A stretch of DNA of 64,000 nt from Podarcis muralis (Eukaryota), in contig NC_135661.1 in the NCBI RefSeq assembly GCF_964188315.1, positions 45,260,001 through 45,324,000 of the forward strand. Reading direction: 5' to 3'. Of the stretch, positions 49,001 through 58,570 are shown one piece after another. Numbering within the stretch: the stretch's first letter is position 1; every line of letters begins with the position of its first letter. Both the position numbers and the translations under genes were made by a program. The notes beneath the pieces were generated by a model, which saw only the letters and a list, made by a program, of their open reading frames with translations, was not told where the DNA came from and did not search any database.

Positions 49001-52000
49001 ATCACCGTCAAGTCTTGCCGCAGCCACCAATCGCCCACCGAATTGCCACTGCCAATCTCCTGCTTGCTACTGCCATTAATCGCACATCCCGCCTCTGCAT
49101 TCACTATCCATGTATAAGACGACACCCAATTTTTGCCTTTTTTAAAAAGCAAAAAAGCATAGTCTTATACATAGAAAAATACGGTAAATTCTCTAATAAT
49201 TTGATATCCTGCAGGCCCAGCTTCCTATTACCTCAGTGGCAGAATCCCATGGTAGGCAGCAGACTTTCCTAAAACCAACAGTCCTTTAGAGGCATCTGGG
49301 TGAATGCATGTGAGCTAAAAGTGTGGTGTGAGAATACACACAAGCCGTAAGGCTTCAGTGTCTCTGTGCTCACTGGTTGCACGCCTGACCTTTGAGCACT
49401 GAGTGCAAAGATTCTAGTCACGTTCAGTTTTAAATGGTTAGACTCCTTCCCACCGTAAGAAACTCAGTATAATCGCGATCTTGACTGCCCAGGTTCAGCT
49501 GAGCATGGATAGGACTTACCTGTAGATAACTGGGAGAGGGTGGCAATGCAGTTTTTTACGGATTGGGTTTTTTATGTTTTTAGATATGTTGTAACCCACC
49601 CAGAGTGGCTGGGGAAACCCAGCCAGATGCATGGGGTATAAACAATAATAAATTAAATAATAAATATTCATGTGCCTTACCACTTTAGCTTCTTCTTTAA
49701 AACAAACCCTAAAATTCTGCAGGATGATGAACTGGCCAACAATACTGGAAAATCCAGACTGGGGTAGAGCACTAAAACAAGAAAGAAAGAAACATGTATT
49801 GCCTCTCTTGATAGCCATGCCCAATGGTTTGCCACATTGTCTAAAAGGCTGCAATTCCAAGCAAAATTTGGAAGAATCCATTCATTTCCTCAGAATACTG
49901 AAACTTTCAGCTTCTGTTGTTAAAAAAGGGAAATCCAAAAACAAAGACTGTAGATAACAGCAAATATATGTTTCGAGAATATATTTATTTTTAAATACTT
50001 GTACATCATCATTCAAAGGCTGCAGGTAGTTTACATCAAAATACAGTAAAATAATATAATCATGCAAGTAGTGCGCTTGTGTGCTCTGTGTGACCCAGAT
50101 TATGTAGTCCTTACTTTCCTTTAGCTAGGAACACATATTGCTCATCACTCATCCATATGTCGCTCCCTCCTCACACTACATTGCTCAGGTGGGGAGATCT
50201 TTCAAGTTCTACAAAAGCCCATGTGGAAAGTGCAGAATGAAGTTTGCCAACAGTGTGCAAATGCAAATGTGCACAAATCGGTTTGCAAAAATTATTCTAA
50301 GAACAGAACTTACACTGTCTCAGAGTGAATAGAGTAACTATGTATGCAGGACCTGAAATATTATGGAATTTACTCTTCCATGCTACATACTCTGCAAATA
50401 GAAATTAACAACTGGTTGTCTGCCATAGGTTCTCTTGTGTGTCTTAAAAAGTGAAGAATGCATGAAAGGTCTAAAGTTAATTTTTAAAATGGAATTCTTG
50501 CATTATGAGACTTCTGGTAGATTTTGTAACACAGAATTTTAGATTGCTTGGCACAGAATGGTATGCAGATTGCTAATGTGCTAGCTTTTGTACATGCACA
50601 TACAAAATGTACATGTTTCATAAAATTTATACACCACATAATTCTAAGAGAAAGCCTAAAAGTGGTTTAAAATCCCAAAGCAGTAATAAAAATGAAAAAC
50701 ACAAGGAACCATAACAAGGGTCTCTAACCAAAGCAAGGTGCTCTGTAGATAAAACCAGGAAAGTCACCACTACCTAAGCCTCTCAGAAATCTATTGCAGC
50801 AAGGCCCATGGCAGTGTTCATTTAAAAGCTAGCTAACCTAAGGATTAGCTACTGATCAGGACTGACAGAGGATACAGCTTTATGCCTTAAGCCTCTGGTT
50901 TGTGGAAGCTATGATGGGACAAGGGAAAAGTGGAGTGTGTGCTGATTCACACAGTAGCCTTTTGGAATCCTTCAACCTGGCGGGGGGGGGAGGGGAGAGA
51001 GAAAGAATCTTGCACAATTTAGTGAAAGAATCCAGTTACTTGGGCCACCAAAGAGATGTTGCTTTAACACTGGATGATGAAGTCACTGACCTCCATAAAA
51101 CAACTGATTAGTAATTTAAACTGGCAATGTATCCACATCAGCACAACGAAGAGAAGTATGAGACCATTTTAATTAGTTTTTCTTAAGAATTATGCATTGT
51201 AGTGTACCGCTTGTGGCGCTGTGGGTAAAAGCCTCAGCGCCTAGGGCTTGCCGATCGAAAGGTTGGCGGTTCGAATCCCCGCAGCGGGGTGCGCTCCCGT
51301 TGCTCGGTCCCAGCGCCTGCCAACCTAGCAGTTCGAAAGCACCCCCGGGTGCAAGTAGATAAATAGGGACCGCTTACTGGCGGGAAGGTAAACGGCGTTT
51401 CCGTGTGCTGCGCTGGCTCGCCAGATGCAGCTTTGTCACGCTGGCCACGTGACCCGGAAGTGTCTGTGGACAGCGCTGGCCCCTGGCCTCTTAAGTGAGA
51501 TGGGCGCACAACCCCAGTGTCTGTCAAGACTGGCCCGTACGGGCAGGGGTACCTTTACCTTTAGTGTACTGCTTAGTAAAATAATTAGATAAAATACCGT
51601 AATTATCTTCCAAATTAATATTATTAAAACACTGTAATCTATCTCCCCAAAGTCTCCCTTGCTTATTTTAATACTTTTTATTTTTTGTTTGAATATTATT
51701 TTAATTTTAGACTATTCAGTTTGTTTTTAAAGGTTGTGTGACAGACCCTCAAAACATTTCCATTTTTCTTAAGTGCTTGCCACAAGCTCAGCAAGATAGC
51801 AACAAGGCTGGAGAGCAGTTTGGAATCACCAGTATTTATTGCTACTCTATCAGGTTCCCTATAATAGGCTGTTTACCCAAACACCAATTTCACCCTGGCA
51901 AATTTGATGATTAGGACCTGGGAGACCTGGGTTAAAATCCCCTCTCACCCAGGAAGCTCACTGGACAACATTGGGCCACTCACCGTCTCTCAGACTAAGG

Positions 52001-55000
52001 TACCTCACAGGGTTGTTCAGAGGATGAAATGTAGAGTGAGGAGAACTATGTACACCACCTTAAGCCTATTGACGGAAAGCTGAGATATAAATGTAGTTCA
52101 TACATAAAGTGTAAAAATTACCATTTTGTCATCTGAACAGCTTTGGCTGTAACATCCACTTGGATATAATGATGCCCATCTGCGACGCACAGAATAGCTG
52201 CTGGAAGCTGCTCATCATGATCTAGAGCCTTTGTTTCATTTAGAACCTAGCAATAAATTGGGAGATAAGGCAGGAAAAGAAGTCAGGTATTTCCCACACA
52301 TATTAAAAATAGGGACCAAGCCACTCTAGAGTCTTTCATTCATTTTTTGGGGGAGCCGGGGCAGGATGAGGAAGATATGGAGACCCACAAAGTTTTGAAA
52401 GTCACAGTATGGCAATTTAGATCTGCATATGAGAAAAAAGCAATAGTTGTGGGAGCAGGGGACTTCCCATTTTTCAGAGGATGAATACTCCTGTTGCAAA
52501 AGGAATCATCTTAAAAAGATCAGTCTCCTAACAAGAAGAAAAACTCTCTTCTAAGCTGGTATGTGCTGACTTCCAATCTTTACAAGTACTTGTATTAAAA
52601 GACAAAATGGTGGGAAGGGGGGAGACTTCAATCTGCTTCCCAACTAAACAGGGGCACCATTTTAGTGAATCAAACTATTGTAATTGATCTAACTGATCAA
52701 CCAACTTAAACATTGCAGCTCCGGCTATAAAGCACATAGGCTGCAATCCTATCCTCATTTATCTGGGGGTAAGCTCCATTGAACACAGAGGGACTTGCTT
52801 CTGAGCAAGCATGCATGAGATTGCTCTAATATAAAGCAACTCTTATGCTCAAGCAAAAGGTCTCCTCTGGATTCAGAAGGCAGAACATAGCCACTGCCTC
52901 AGGAGCAGCAGAAGCATCAATTATGTCCACATTAATGTGGTGTAAGAGTGTATAATCAGGACATGGGACACGCAGGTTCAAATCCCCACTCTGCTATGAA
53001 GCTTTGTGTCAGTCTTTCTCTCTCTCTCTCGCTCACTCTGCCTAATGAACCTCAGAGCAAAACCACTCAAAGTGGTGGTCCATGGACTGGGGGAGGTCTG
53101 TGAACCATTAGCTACTGGTCCATGGTAACTTCACCACAGCCCAAGTTGGGTTGGACACTTCAAGATAGCTTGAGAAGCACCGCCTCACAAGGTTGTTGTA
53201 AAGAGAAAAGTGAGGGTGGAGACATTGTTCTAAGCTCCTTAGAGGAAGGGGAGTATGGAATTTTATTTTATTTTAAAAATTAAGAGTTCCCCATTCATCA
53301 CTGCTCAAAAAGTCACATGAATATACCCTCAGGACATGCCCAAGTTGACCCTCTTCTCTGGCTTCAGAATCCTTGTACTCCAGGAGAAGATTCACGATCC
53401 AAGGTTCCAAGTAGCAGGGCCTGTTTGTCTGGCTATCTTCATTGTCTAAACTGGAAAAAATAAGTAATTAAAATTACTAAGGCATGGGGAAATGTGCAAA
53501 AGTGGCATGGCAAAAAATGTTGCTTGATGGTATCACACTAAATATCTTCCAGATTGCTATACCATTAGAAGAAGAAGAAGAAGAAGAAGAAGAAGAAGAA
53601 GAAGAGGAGGAGGAGGAGGAGTTTGGATTTGATATCCCGCCTTTCACTCCCCTTCAGGAGTCTCAAAGCGGCTAACATTCTCCTTTCCCTTCCTCCCCCA
53701 CAACAAACACTCTGTGAGGTGAGTGGGGCTGAGAGACTTCAAAGAAGTGTGACTAGCCCAAGGTCACCCAGCAGCTGCATGTGGAGGAGCGGAGACGCGA
53801 ACCCGGTTCCCCAGATTACGAGACTACTGCTCTTAACCACTACACCACACTGGCTCTCCATTGTGCATTTATTCATCATTAAGAAAACAGAAAAACACAG
53901 AGAATGTTTGAGACAACATCATATTCAATGACCTCACCTTCTCATGTAACCATCAGTATAGTAAACAATTTGCAAGTTGGTATACAGAAAGTTCATCCAA
54001 GAAGCTCTTCATTTTAACTAAAGCACTATTCTTATTTGATAAGAAACAGAAACATGTACAGTGGAACCTCATGTTACGTACCGTCCTCCTTGCAAGCACT
54101 GCAGGTTACAAGCTCCACTAACCCAAAAGTAGGTCCTCTTATTGTGAACTTTGCCCCGGGATGCGAGTAGAAGTCGCGCACCAGCAGCGCGGCAGCAGCA
54201 GGAGGCACCATTAGTGAAAGCGCGCCTCATGTTACGAGCAGTTTCGGGTTGCAAGCTTCCAGAACAGATAAAGTTTGTAACCGGAGGTGCCACTGTATTC
54301 TAAGCCAGGTGCAGTGTGGTACAAAATTAGGTGTTTTGAGGAATAAGTTATGAGCATCATATAATTTTTATTTTAAAAAACACCCTTGATTGCAAAATTT
54401 ACTCCTGTCGCACATCACTCTATTTTCAGATACTTTTGCCAGAAATCTGGAGGGCTAGAAACTTGCAATATAAATATAAGTGTTGCAGAATTCTGTATTA
54501 GAGTCCAGATTTAGAGCAAAACTGGGGTGCAGGCAAGCAGTTCCTTAGAACAGAAGATCTTCCTTCCTGATACAGTTTCACCCATCAGTATCACTCCTTT
54601 CTCTTTTCTATTGAGATTCCCAGATTGCACTATGGGATTAGGAAGGGGTTTGCATTCACCCAATACCAACATAAAAAGCTTGTACAGACATGCCCACAAG
54701 GTCACTCACAGGGTACTCCAAGTGGTCTTTATCATGCTGGTGAATAGCATAAGGTTACTAGATTTTTTTCAATGAATCTGGGGACACTTCACTCTGAAAT
54801 GAGTCAGAATGATAGGATTTTGTCAGGGGACTGATTTGTAAATCTGGGGACTGTCCCCGGGAAACGGGGGTGTCTGGTAACCTTAGAATAGCAGCCTAAT
54901 GCAGATATGAAAGGAATATACAGGGCTGGTCGTTGCTGGTCCAAGAAGAACTTACAATTTTGGACACCCACTGCAGAGCTACTATAAATGTGGGTTGATG

Positions 55001-55682
55001 CAAAAACAGCAGACTCTCATTAAATCTAAAAGTAAAACCTGTTTTGACAGAACACTTTCTCAGACATTAGACAAATTCAGACTAAATTGAGTGGGAGAAT
55101 TATTCTACAACCTATTTTATTCCCTGGTAAGAGGAAAAATATAGAGATAGGTGAACTATTACTATTTATTTATTTATTTAATTTATATACAATAGCTTTA
55201 GGTATGGGTTTTACACACGTATTTTATGCCTGGCAGATAGGACTGGTTATATTACTTGGAAGGAAGCCCCAGCCCATCAAGATGCACGTGAAACTTCCAT
55301 AGAGTAAAACCCTGCCCACACTTACATAGAAGCTAAGCCTCACTGCAATCGTTCGGGACTCGCAGCCCAATAAGCCTACGTAGTACGGTGAATGGATAGC
55401 ATTTGCGCTGGAAGTGCATCCAAGTGGTCCAAAGCAAAAGATGCCGTGCGCGCCTCTGTACAGCAACGGAAAACTAATGTCCCGAGGTGGGAGGGCTGCT
55501 TCGGAAAATCAATATCCTACAGCGAGTAAAAGTCCGATTAAAAGGGAATTACGAAGCACTCAAGAGCTTCGCCACCCGCCAGCTTATTCCGCGGCCTCTG
55601 CCTGTCTGCTACACCAACGACAGGATCTGCAAACTTACCCCGTGGGCTTTGAGTCCCGCAGAGACCTCCGCTCCCGATTCAT
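34188..55682 (-). CDS. ACD: ACD (TPP1) shelterin subunit, complete; exons in transcript order 55682-55639,53450-53327,52246-52122,49771-49681,45529-45450,44406-44362,43624-43590,42430-42258,41883-41796,40771-40706,38267-38190,35793-34994,34609-34530,34245-34188
   Basis: 14 exons with AG/GT ends splice to 1887 nt (628 aa + TGA). OB fold: YLEPWIVNLLL, GHVLRVL, AILCVADGHHYI, GFSSIVGQFIILQN, FYLVLDCF. POT1-binding region: SVSEVLQEIK...CLSL...TKW...VFAIPAKLLTIS. TIN2-binding C-terminus: FHFTYMPPTSELCSQV...LLAWACWVF. The small 45-nt and 35-nt exons match the recalled human exon structure. Confidence 0.93.
34530..34609 (-). CDS. ACD: ACD exon EYVRGAPFHFTYMPPTSELCSQVHST(R) (TIN2-binding motif)
   Basis: ttcctgcag|GAGTAT...ACAAG|gttagt; 80 nt; matches human [24 protein letters not shown]. 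Confidence 0.92.
34994..35793 (-). CDS. ACD: ACD large Ser/Thr-rich linker exon (800 nt)
   Basis: ttgctttggcag|ACACA...CAGCAG|gtaaat; lies inside the 317-aa ORF 34916-35869; phase 1-0. Confidence 0.88.
38190..38267 (-). CDS. ACD: ACD linker exon ESESPDGSLENPWDEIPVMTLSTSS
   Basis: ttttttttggcag|CTGAA...CAGTG|gtgagt; 78 nt, phase 1-1. Confidence 0.85.
38811..39747 (+). mobile_element. L2-clade LINE, 5'-truncated: RT C-terminal ORF2 segment (open to 39617), 3' UTR and (TTA)n tail; antisense within an ACD intron
   Basis: WMAANRLRLNPDKTEVL, SRLDYCNALYVGLP, LHWLPVRFRAQFKVLVLTFKAL are typical L2 ORF2 motifs; the intact frame suggests a young copy. Confidence 0.92.
40006..40038. repeat. (AAT)n microsatellite
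   Basis: Direct reading. Confidence 0.9.
40336..40552. mobile_element. Tc1/mariner MITE (CAGTGGTACCTC family)
   Basis: TIRs and TA flanks; internal sequence similar to 7986-8227. Confidence 0.9.
40706..40771 (-). CDS. ACD: ACD linker exon PSQAILESTQDDEQSTVSFFS
   Basis: tcttacag|AGCCC...CAGTG|gtgagt; 66 nt, phase 1-1, open frame. Confidence 0.72.
41476..41698 (+). repeat. 223-bp direct repeat, copy 1 (ACD intron)
   Basis: About 96% identical to 45082-45305 by eye alignment (8 substitutions, 1 indel). Confidence 0.95.
41796..41883 (-). CDS. ACD: ACD exon VHKNVFAIPAKLLTISAENEALLHKSYLP
   Basis: gatttcag|GTTCAC...ACCAA|gtgagt; 88 nt; matches human VYTVPSSMLCISENDQLIL. Confidence 0.92.
42258..42430 (-). 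CDS. ACD: ACD exon PSSVSEVLQEIKQDRLSTLKENAKDCLSLL...TKWQVERKQDK (POT1-binding region)
   Basis: cctgtaaag|AGCCA...GATAAG|gtctgt; 173 nt, phase 1-0. Confidence 0.9.
43590..43624 (-). CDS. ACD: ACD micro-exon KSLALQPWSSS
   Basis: tgtctttcag|GAAAAG...CTCAG|gtattg; 35 nt, phase 2-1. Confidence 0.82.
44362..44406 (-). CDS. ACD: ACD exon (C)NREPSVLEKIKELW(Q)
   Basis: tttttatag|CAAC...GGCA|gtaagt; 45 nt, phase 2-2; matches human NQDLDVQKKLYDCL. Confidence 0.9.
45082..45305 (+). repeat. 224-bp direct repeat, copy 2 (ACD intron)
   Basis: See 41476-41698. Confidence 0.95.
45450..45529 (-). CDS. ACD: ACD exon EDCRFYLVLDCFRVMPMKRRERRQQD
   Basis: cactttcag|GAGGAT...GACTG|gtgaga; 80 nt; matches human [24 protein letters not shown]. 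Confidence 0.92.
46343..47092. mobile_element. Second copy of the GC-rich non-autonomous Tc1/mariner element (750 bp)
   Basis: Same TIRs and TA TSD; highly similar to 26248-27155, same orientation. Confidence 0.9.
47719..47885. mobile_element. Degenerate Tc1/mariner-type MITE (CCGTATTT TIR family)
   Basis: ta-ccgtatttactggaat ... attcttgtaaatatgac-ta. Confidence 0.6.
48062..48545 (-). mobile_element. Degenerate L2 LINE 3' fragment
   Basis: Reverse strand resembles the LPISFxxQFKVVVLTYKAL...GPQYLKDCL end of ORF2, plus an AT-rich tail. Confidence 0.7.
48695..49184. mobile_element. Tc1/mariner-type MITE (CCGTATTTTTCC...TIR family) with internal CCAATCGCC minisatellite
   Basis: ta-ccatatttttccatgtataagac ... 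gtcttatacatagaaaaatacgg-ta. Confidence 0.8.
49575..49665 (+). mobile_element. L2 3' tail fragment, 15 nt from an ACD donor site
   Basis: ccagagtggctggggaaacccagccagatg...ggggtataaa. Confidence 0.75.
49681..49771 (-). CDS. ACD: ACD exon (C)ALPQSGFSSIVGQFIILQNFRVCFKEEAKV
   Basis: ttcttgttttag|TGCT...AAAGTG|gtaagg; 91 nt, phase 2-0; matches human [19 protein letters not shown]. Confidence 0.9.
51213..51561 (+). mobile_element. Sauria SINE, near full length (same subfamily as 12990)
   Basis: A box gtggcgctgtgg, B box ggttcgaatcc, tail gtacctttacctt; 13-bp TSD tagtgtac(c/t)gctt. Confidence 0.92.
51905..52095 (+). mobile_element. MIR/Squam-like SINE remnant
   Basis: gggagacctgggttaaaatccc...cctcacagggttgttc core. 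Confidence 0.6.
52122..52246 (-). CDS. ACD: ACD exon VLNETKALDHDEQLPAAILCVADGHHYIQVDVTAKAVQMTK
   Basis: ttgctag|GTTCTA...AAATG|gtaatt; 125 nt; matches human [17 protein letters not shown]. Confidence 0.92.
52935..53250 (+). mobile_element. Older MIR/Squam-like SINE interrupted by a hAT-MITE-like insert (about 53055-53180)
   Basis: tRNA-like head and B box ggttcaaatccc; the core cctcacaaggttgttg resumes after the insert. Confidence 0.55.
53327..53450 (-). CDS. ACD: ACD exon LDNEDSQTNRPCYLEPWIVNLLLEYK...GQLGHVLR (OB fold start)
   Basis: ttttttccag|TTTAG...CTGAGG|gtatat; 124 nt; matches human VLRPWIRELIL...GQLLE. Confidence 0.92.
53568..53856 (-). mobile_element. tRNA-derived squamate SINE (Squam3/MIR-like) with (CTT)n tail
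   Basis: Head gagccagtgtggtgtagtggttaagag, B box gggttcgcgtctcc, core cctcacagagtgtttgttg, (GAA)n on the + strand. Confidence 0.8.
54059..54295. mobile_element. Tc1/mariner MITE (diverged CAGTGGTACCTC family)
   Basis: cagtggaacctc...gaggtgccactg with TA flanks. Confidence 0.85.
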
Positions 55683-56030
55683 AGGGGCAGCTGCCGAAGA
55701 CCCGTGTCAAAGCGACCTGCCCCTTTCTCTGGACAGGAGCGAGGCCTCATTCCCGCTCCGCCAGCTGGACTCCTCCTCCCAGCGACTTCCCAACGCGACC
55801 CGAGCTAGGTGGGCTGGCCGGAGGACGGGAGGGGCAGGCACGGACGGCCCCTTGGCGTCTCGCCCTCCCCTCCCGAGCTTCCCTTGCAGCGCCTGCAAAG
55901 CAGGAAGAGGAAGCGACGTTGGCGCGGGCTTTCCGTTGTGCAAAGTAAACAGCTCGGTCAGCTCAAGATGTCGGACGGCGAGGCGGGCAGATCCGCGCAA
56001 AGAGACATCCTTCCCCCCCCAGTTTCCTGA
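55340..56030. promoter_or_regulatory. CpG island / ACD promoter and first exon
   Basis: Dense CpG and high GC, not repeat-derived; contains the ACD exon-1 donor, tandem GGAA ETS-like sites (caggaagaggaagcg at about 55901) and a YY1-like caagatgtcgg (about 55964). Confidence 0.85.
55639..55682 (-). CDS. ACD: ACD predicted exon 1 coding part MNRERRSLRDSKPTG
   Basis: ATG in the CpG island, strong donor GGG|gtaagt at 55639/55638, phase 2 matches the next exon; start codon not independently confirmed. Confidence 0.65.
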
Positions 56031-57034
56031 GCCTTGCCAACTGGCCCAAACTGTGCTGGCTTGAAGCAAGCTCTGCAGTGCACTCAACTGCTCTGTGAAC
56101 ATTTTCATCTGAAGGCAGGATAAAAATGTTTACAATGAATAATAATAAATAATACTTTACTATATTTTCCGCACTTCCCTTTTCATTTCCCCAGGCCTTT
56201 AAAATTATATTATTGCTTTATGCTGTTGTAGCTGTCTGGATTTTACTCTTCTGTCCTCAGTTTAAATTGTTTTGCACAGTCACTTTTCCTCTGTTGTATA
56301 GTGATTGGTGATTTTATAATTGTATAGCACTTTTTTTTTAAAATTTTGTTTAATTCTTAAGAATGTTGATTATATCGCAGCCTGTAAAGTGTATGTATGT
56401 AATACACATTTCCCTCACATTTATCTAGCTGTAATCATTACAACGTCTTTGTAAGGTTGGTCAGTATTATTCCCTACCTACAACTGTAAGAGGCTCAGAG
56501 AGTGTGGCTACTGAATTCTGGCTAATGCATTGGAGTGATGGTTTCATTCAAACCAGGAACTATTGTGGATGATTATAACAATTCCAAAATTAGTGGGTGT
56601 TTAATTACATGTAGGAGCATTAGTAGATGGAGAAGTATTCTTTATGCAATATCACCATCTGTTGGATCCTGCAGGAAACGCAGAGGCCCATTAACAGTGA
56701 AATCCTATTCCCATCTTTTCAGAAGTACTGTACTGTAAGTTGTATTAAGTAGGATTTTCTCCCAGATAAATGACTCTAGTATTTTAGGCTGCAGGGCTAT
56801 AATTAGGTCACATCCTACAGCAATGCACAGAAAACCAGGTGGGGTGCAGAGGCTTCACACCTGTGCAGGCGTGCTCAGGTGTTAAATATGCACACAACTA
56901 TCAATGCCCTGTTAGCCGTGCCAGAATGGGGGGTCAGGTACCCCCCATCAGCCATGCATATCCAGGAACAGTGCATGTGTAGCTGTGGGTGAAGTGCACT
57001 GTCAACATATGCCCTGCTCCTGGTGGCCTTGTTA

Positions 57035-57380
57035 AAAGGTAAAGGGACCCCTGACCATTAGATCCAGTCGTGGCCGACTGGGGTTGCAGTGCTCATCTCG
57101 CTTTATTGGCTGAGGGAGCTGGCGAACAGCTTCTGGGTCATGTGGCCAGCACGACTAAGCTGCTTCTGGCGAACCACAGCAGTGCACGGAAACACCGTTT
57201 ACCTTCCCGCTGGAGCGGTACCTGTTTATCTACTTGCACTTTGACGTGTTTTCAAACTGCTAGGTTGGCTGGAGCAGGGACCGAGCAACCGGAGCTCACC
57301 CCGTCTCAGGGATTCAAACCACCGACCTTCTTATCAGCAAGTTCTAGGCTCTGTGGTTTAACCCACAGCGCCACCCGTGT
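57035..57380 (-). mobile_element. Sauria SINE, full length (second subfamily)
   Basis: aaaggtaaagggacccctgaccatta tail; perfect 17-bp TSD tcctggtggccttgtta. Confidence 0.93.
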
Positions 57381-57477
57381 TCCTGGTGGCCTTGTTAGGT
57401 GTGAGCTTAAGCACCAGGTGGCAGGATGGAGCCCGAGGGCCTCCACTCCCACGAATCCAATGACACAGTCATGTTGC

Positions 57478-58440
57478 TTAAACCATAGAGGTAGAACGGA
57501 TCTCAGAGGTCATTTAGTCCAACCAACTATTCTCAAGGCAGGATCTTCAATCATGTCTCGACTTATATAGCCTCTGTTTAAATACCTCCAGTGAAGGACA
57601 GTTTGTTTCACTGTCAGCCAGTTCTTACCATCGGAGAGTTTCTGCAATGCAGGGATGGGGAACCTGTGGCCCTTGACTCCCCTAGCCCCAGACATCATGG
57701 CCAATGGACAGGAATGATGGGTGTTGTAATCCAGCAATACCTGATTGATTTGTTGTCATGCTATGCCGATTTTAATTCAAATGAATCCCAAAGCGGCTTA
57801 CAAACAATAAATAACATAATAACAAACTCAGCATAAATAATACAAAATACAATATTTTTCCATGTGTAAGACTAGGTTTCCCCCCTAAAAAATAATGTCA
57901 AAAAATTAGGGGGACATTTTATACACGGATATGTCTCCCCTCAATTTCTTAAATCTGAGTCCCCCAAAATAGGGGGTGTCTTTTACATGGGGTCGTCTTA
58001 AAGACAGAAAAATACAGTAATTAACAAATCACAAATAAAACAATTATAATAGCAATATAGCCTTGCTTGCCAGAGCAGCCTTTCCAAATGTGGTGCCCTC
58101 AAAGTATTTTGGGCCTCTATTCCCTGCGTCTCTGTTATTATTGGCTATGCTGGTTGGGGCTGATGAGAGGGTACCAGCTTAGAGAAAGGCGTTATTGAGC
58201 TACAGAGAACATCTGCCCAATTCCTGCATAAGCATCATTAAGATATTTGAAGACTGCTATCATGTCTCCCAGCCATTTCAACCATAAAGTTCCTCAGAGG
58301 ACTTGGTTTCCTGACCCCTCACCTTCCTGATCTTTCTCCTCTGGACACTTTCCAGTTTGTCAGTGTCCTCCTTAAAAGTGTGGCTCCCAGTCCTAGTACT
58401 GAACACAGAGTTTGAGATGCCACCTGAGCAGTGCAGAATT
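57478..58440 (-). mobile_element. Fragmented CR1 LINE pieces interrupted by MITEs
   Basis: catagaggtagaacggatctcagaggtcatttagtccaacc; ttgaagactgctatcatgtctccc; ctctggacactttccagtttg. Confidence 0.6.
57850..58017. mobile_element. Degenerate Tc1/mariner-type MITE related to 48695-49184
   Basis: tttttccatgtgtaagac ... gtcttaaagacagaaaaatacag-ta. Confidence 0.6.
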
Positions 58441-58570
58441 AGGTTTGTTGCACCTCTCTGGGATTTTCTAAATTTAGAGTGGTAAACAAACCTTCAAGTA
58501 GTCTGAAGGTTATTTGAAAACTTGTCTTTGTGCTAGTCTGAATATGCCCTGAACTCTTGCCTGCAACATA

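Noticed and set aside
48772-49272. 166-aa ORF
   Set aside because: Translation of the CCAATCGCC minisatellite inside a MITE
55414-56064. 216-aa + strand ORF (and 133-aa - strand ORF 55707-56108) over the CpG island
   Set aside because: No recognisable domain; long ORFs are expected in GC-rich, stop-poor DNA; it overlaps ACD exon 1 antisense
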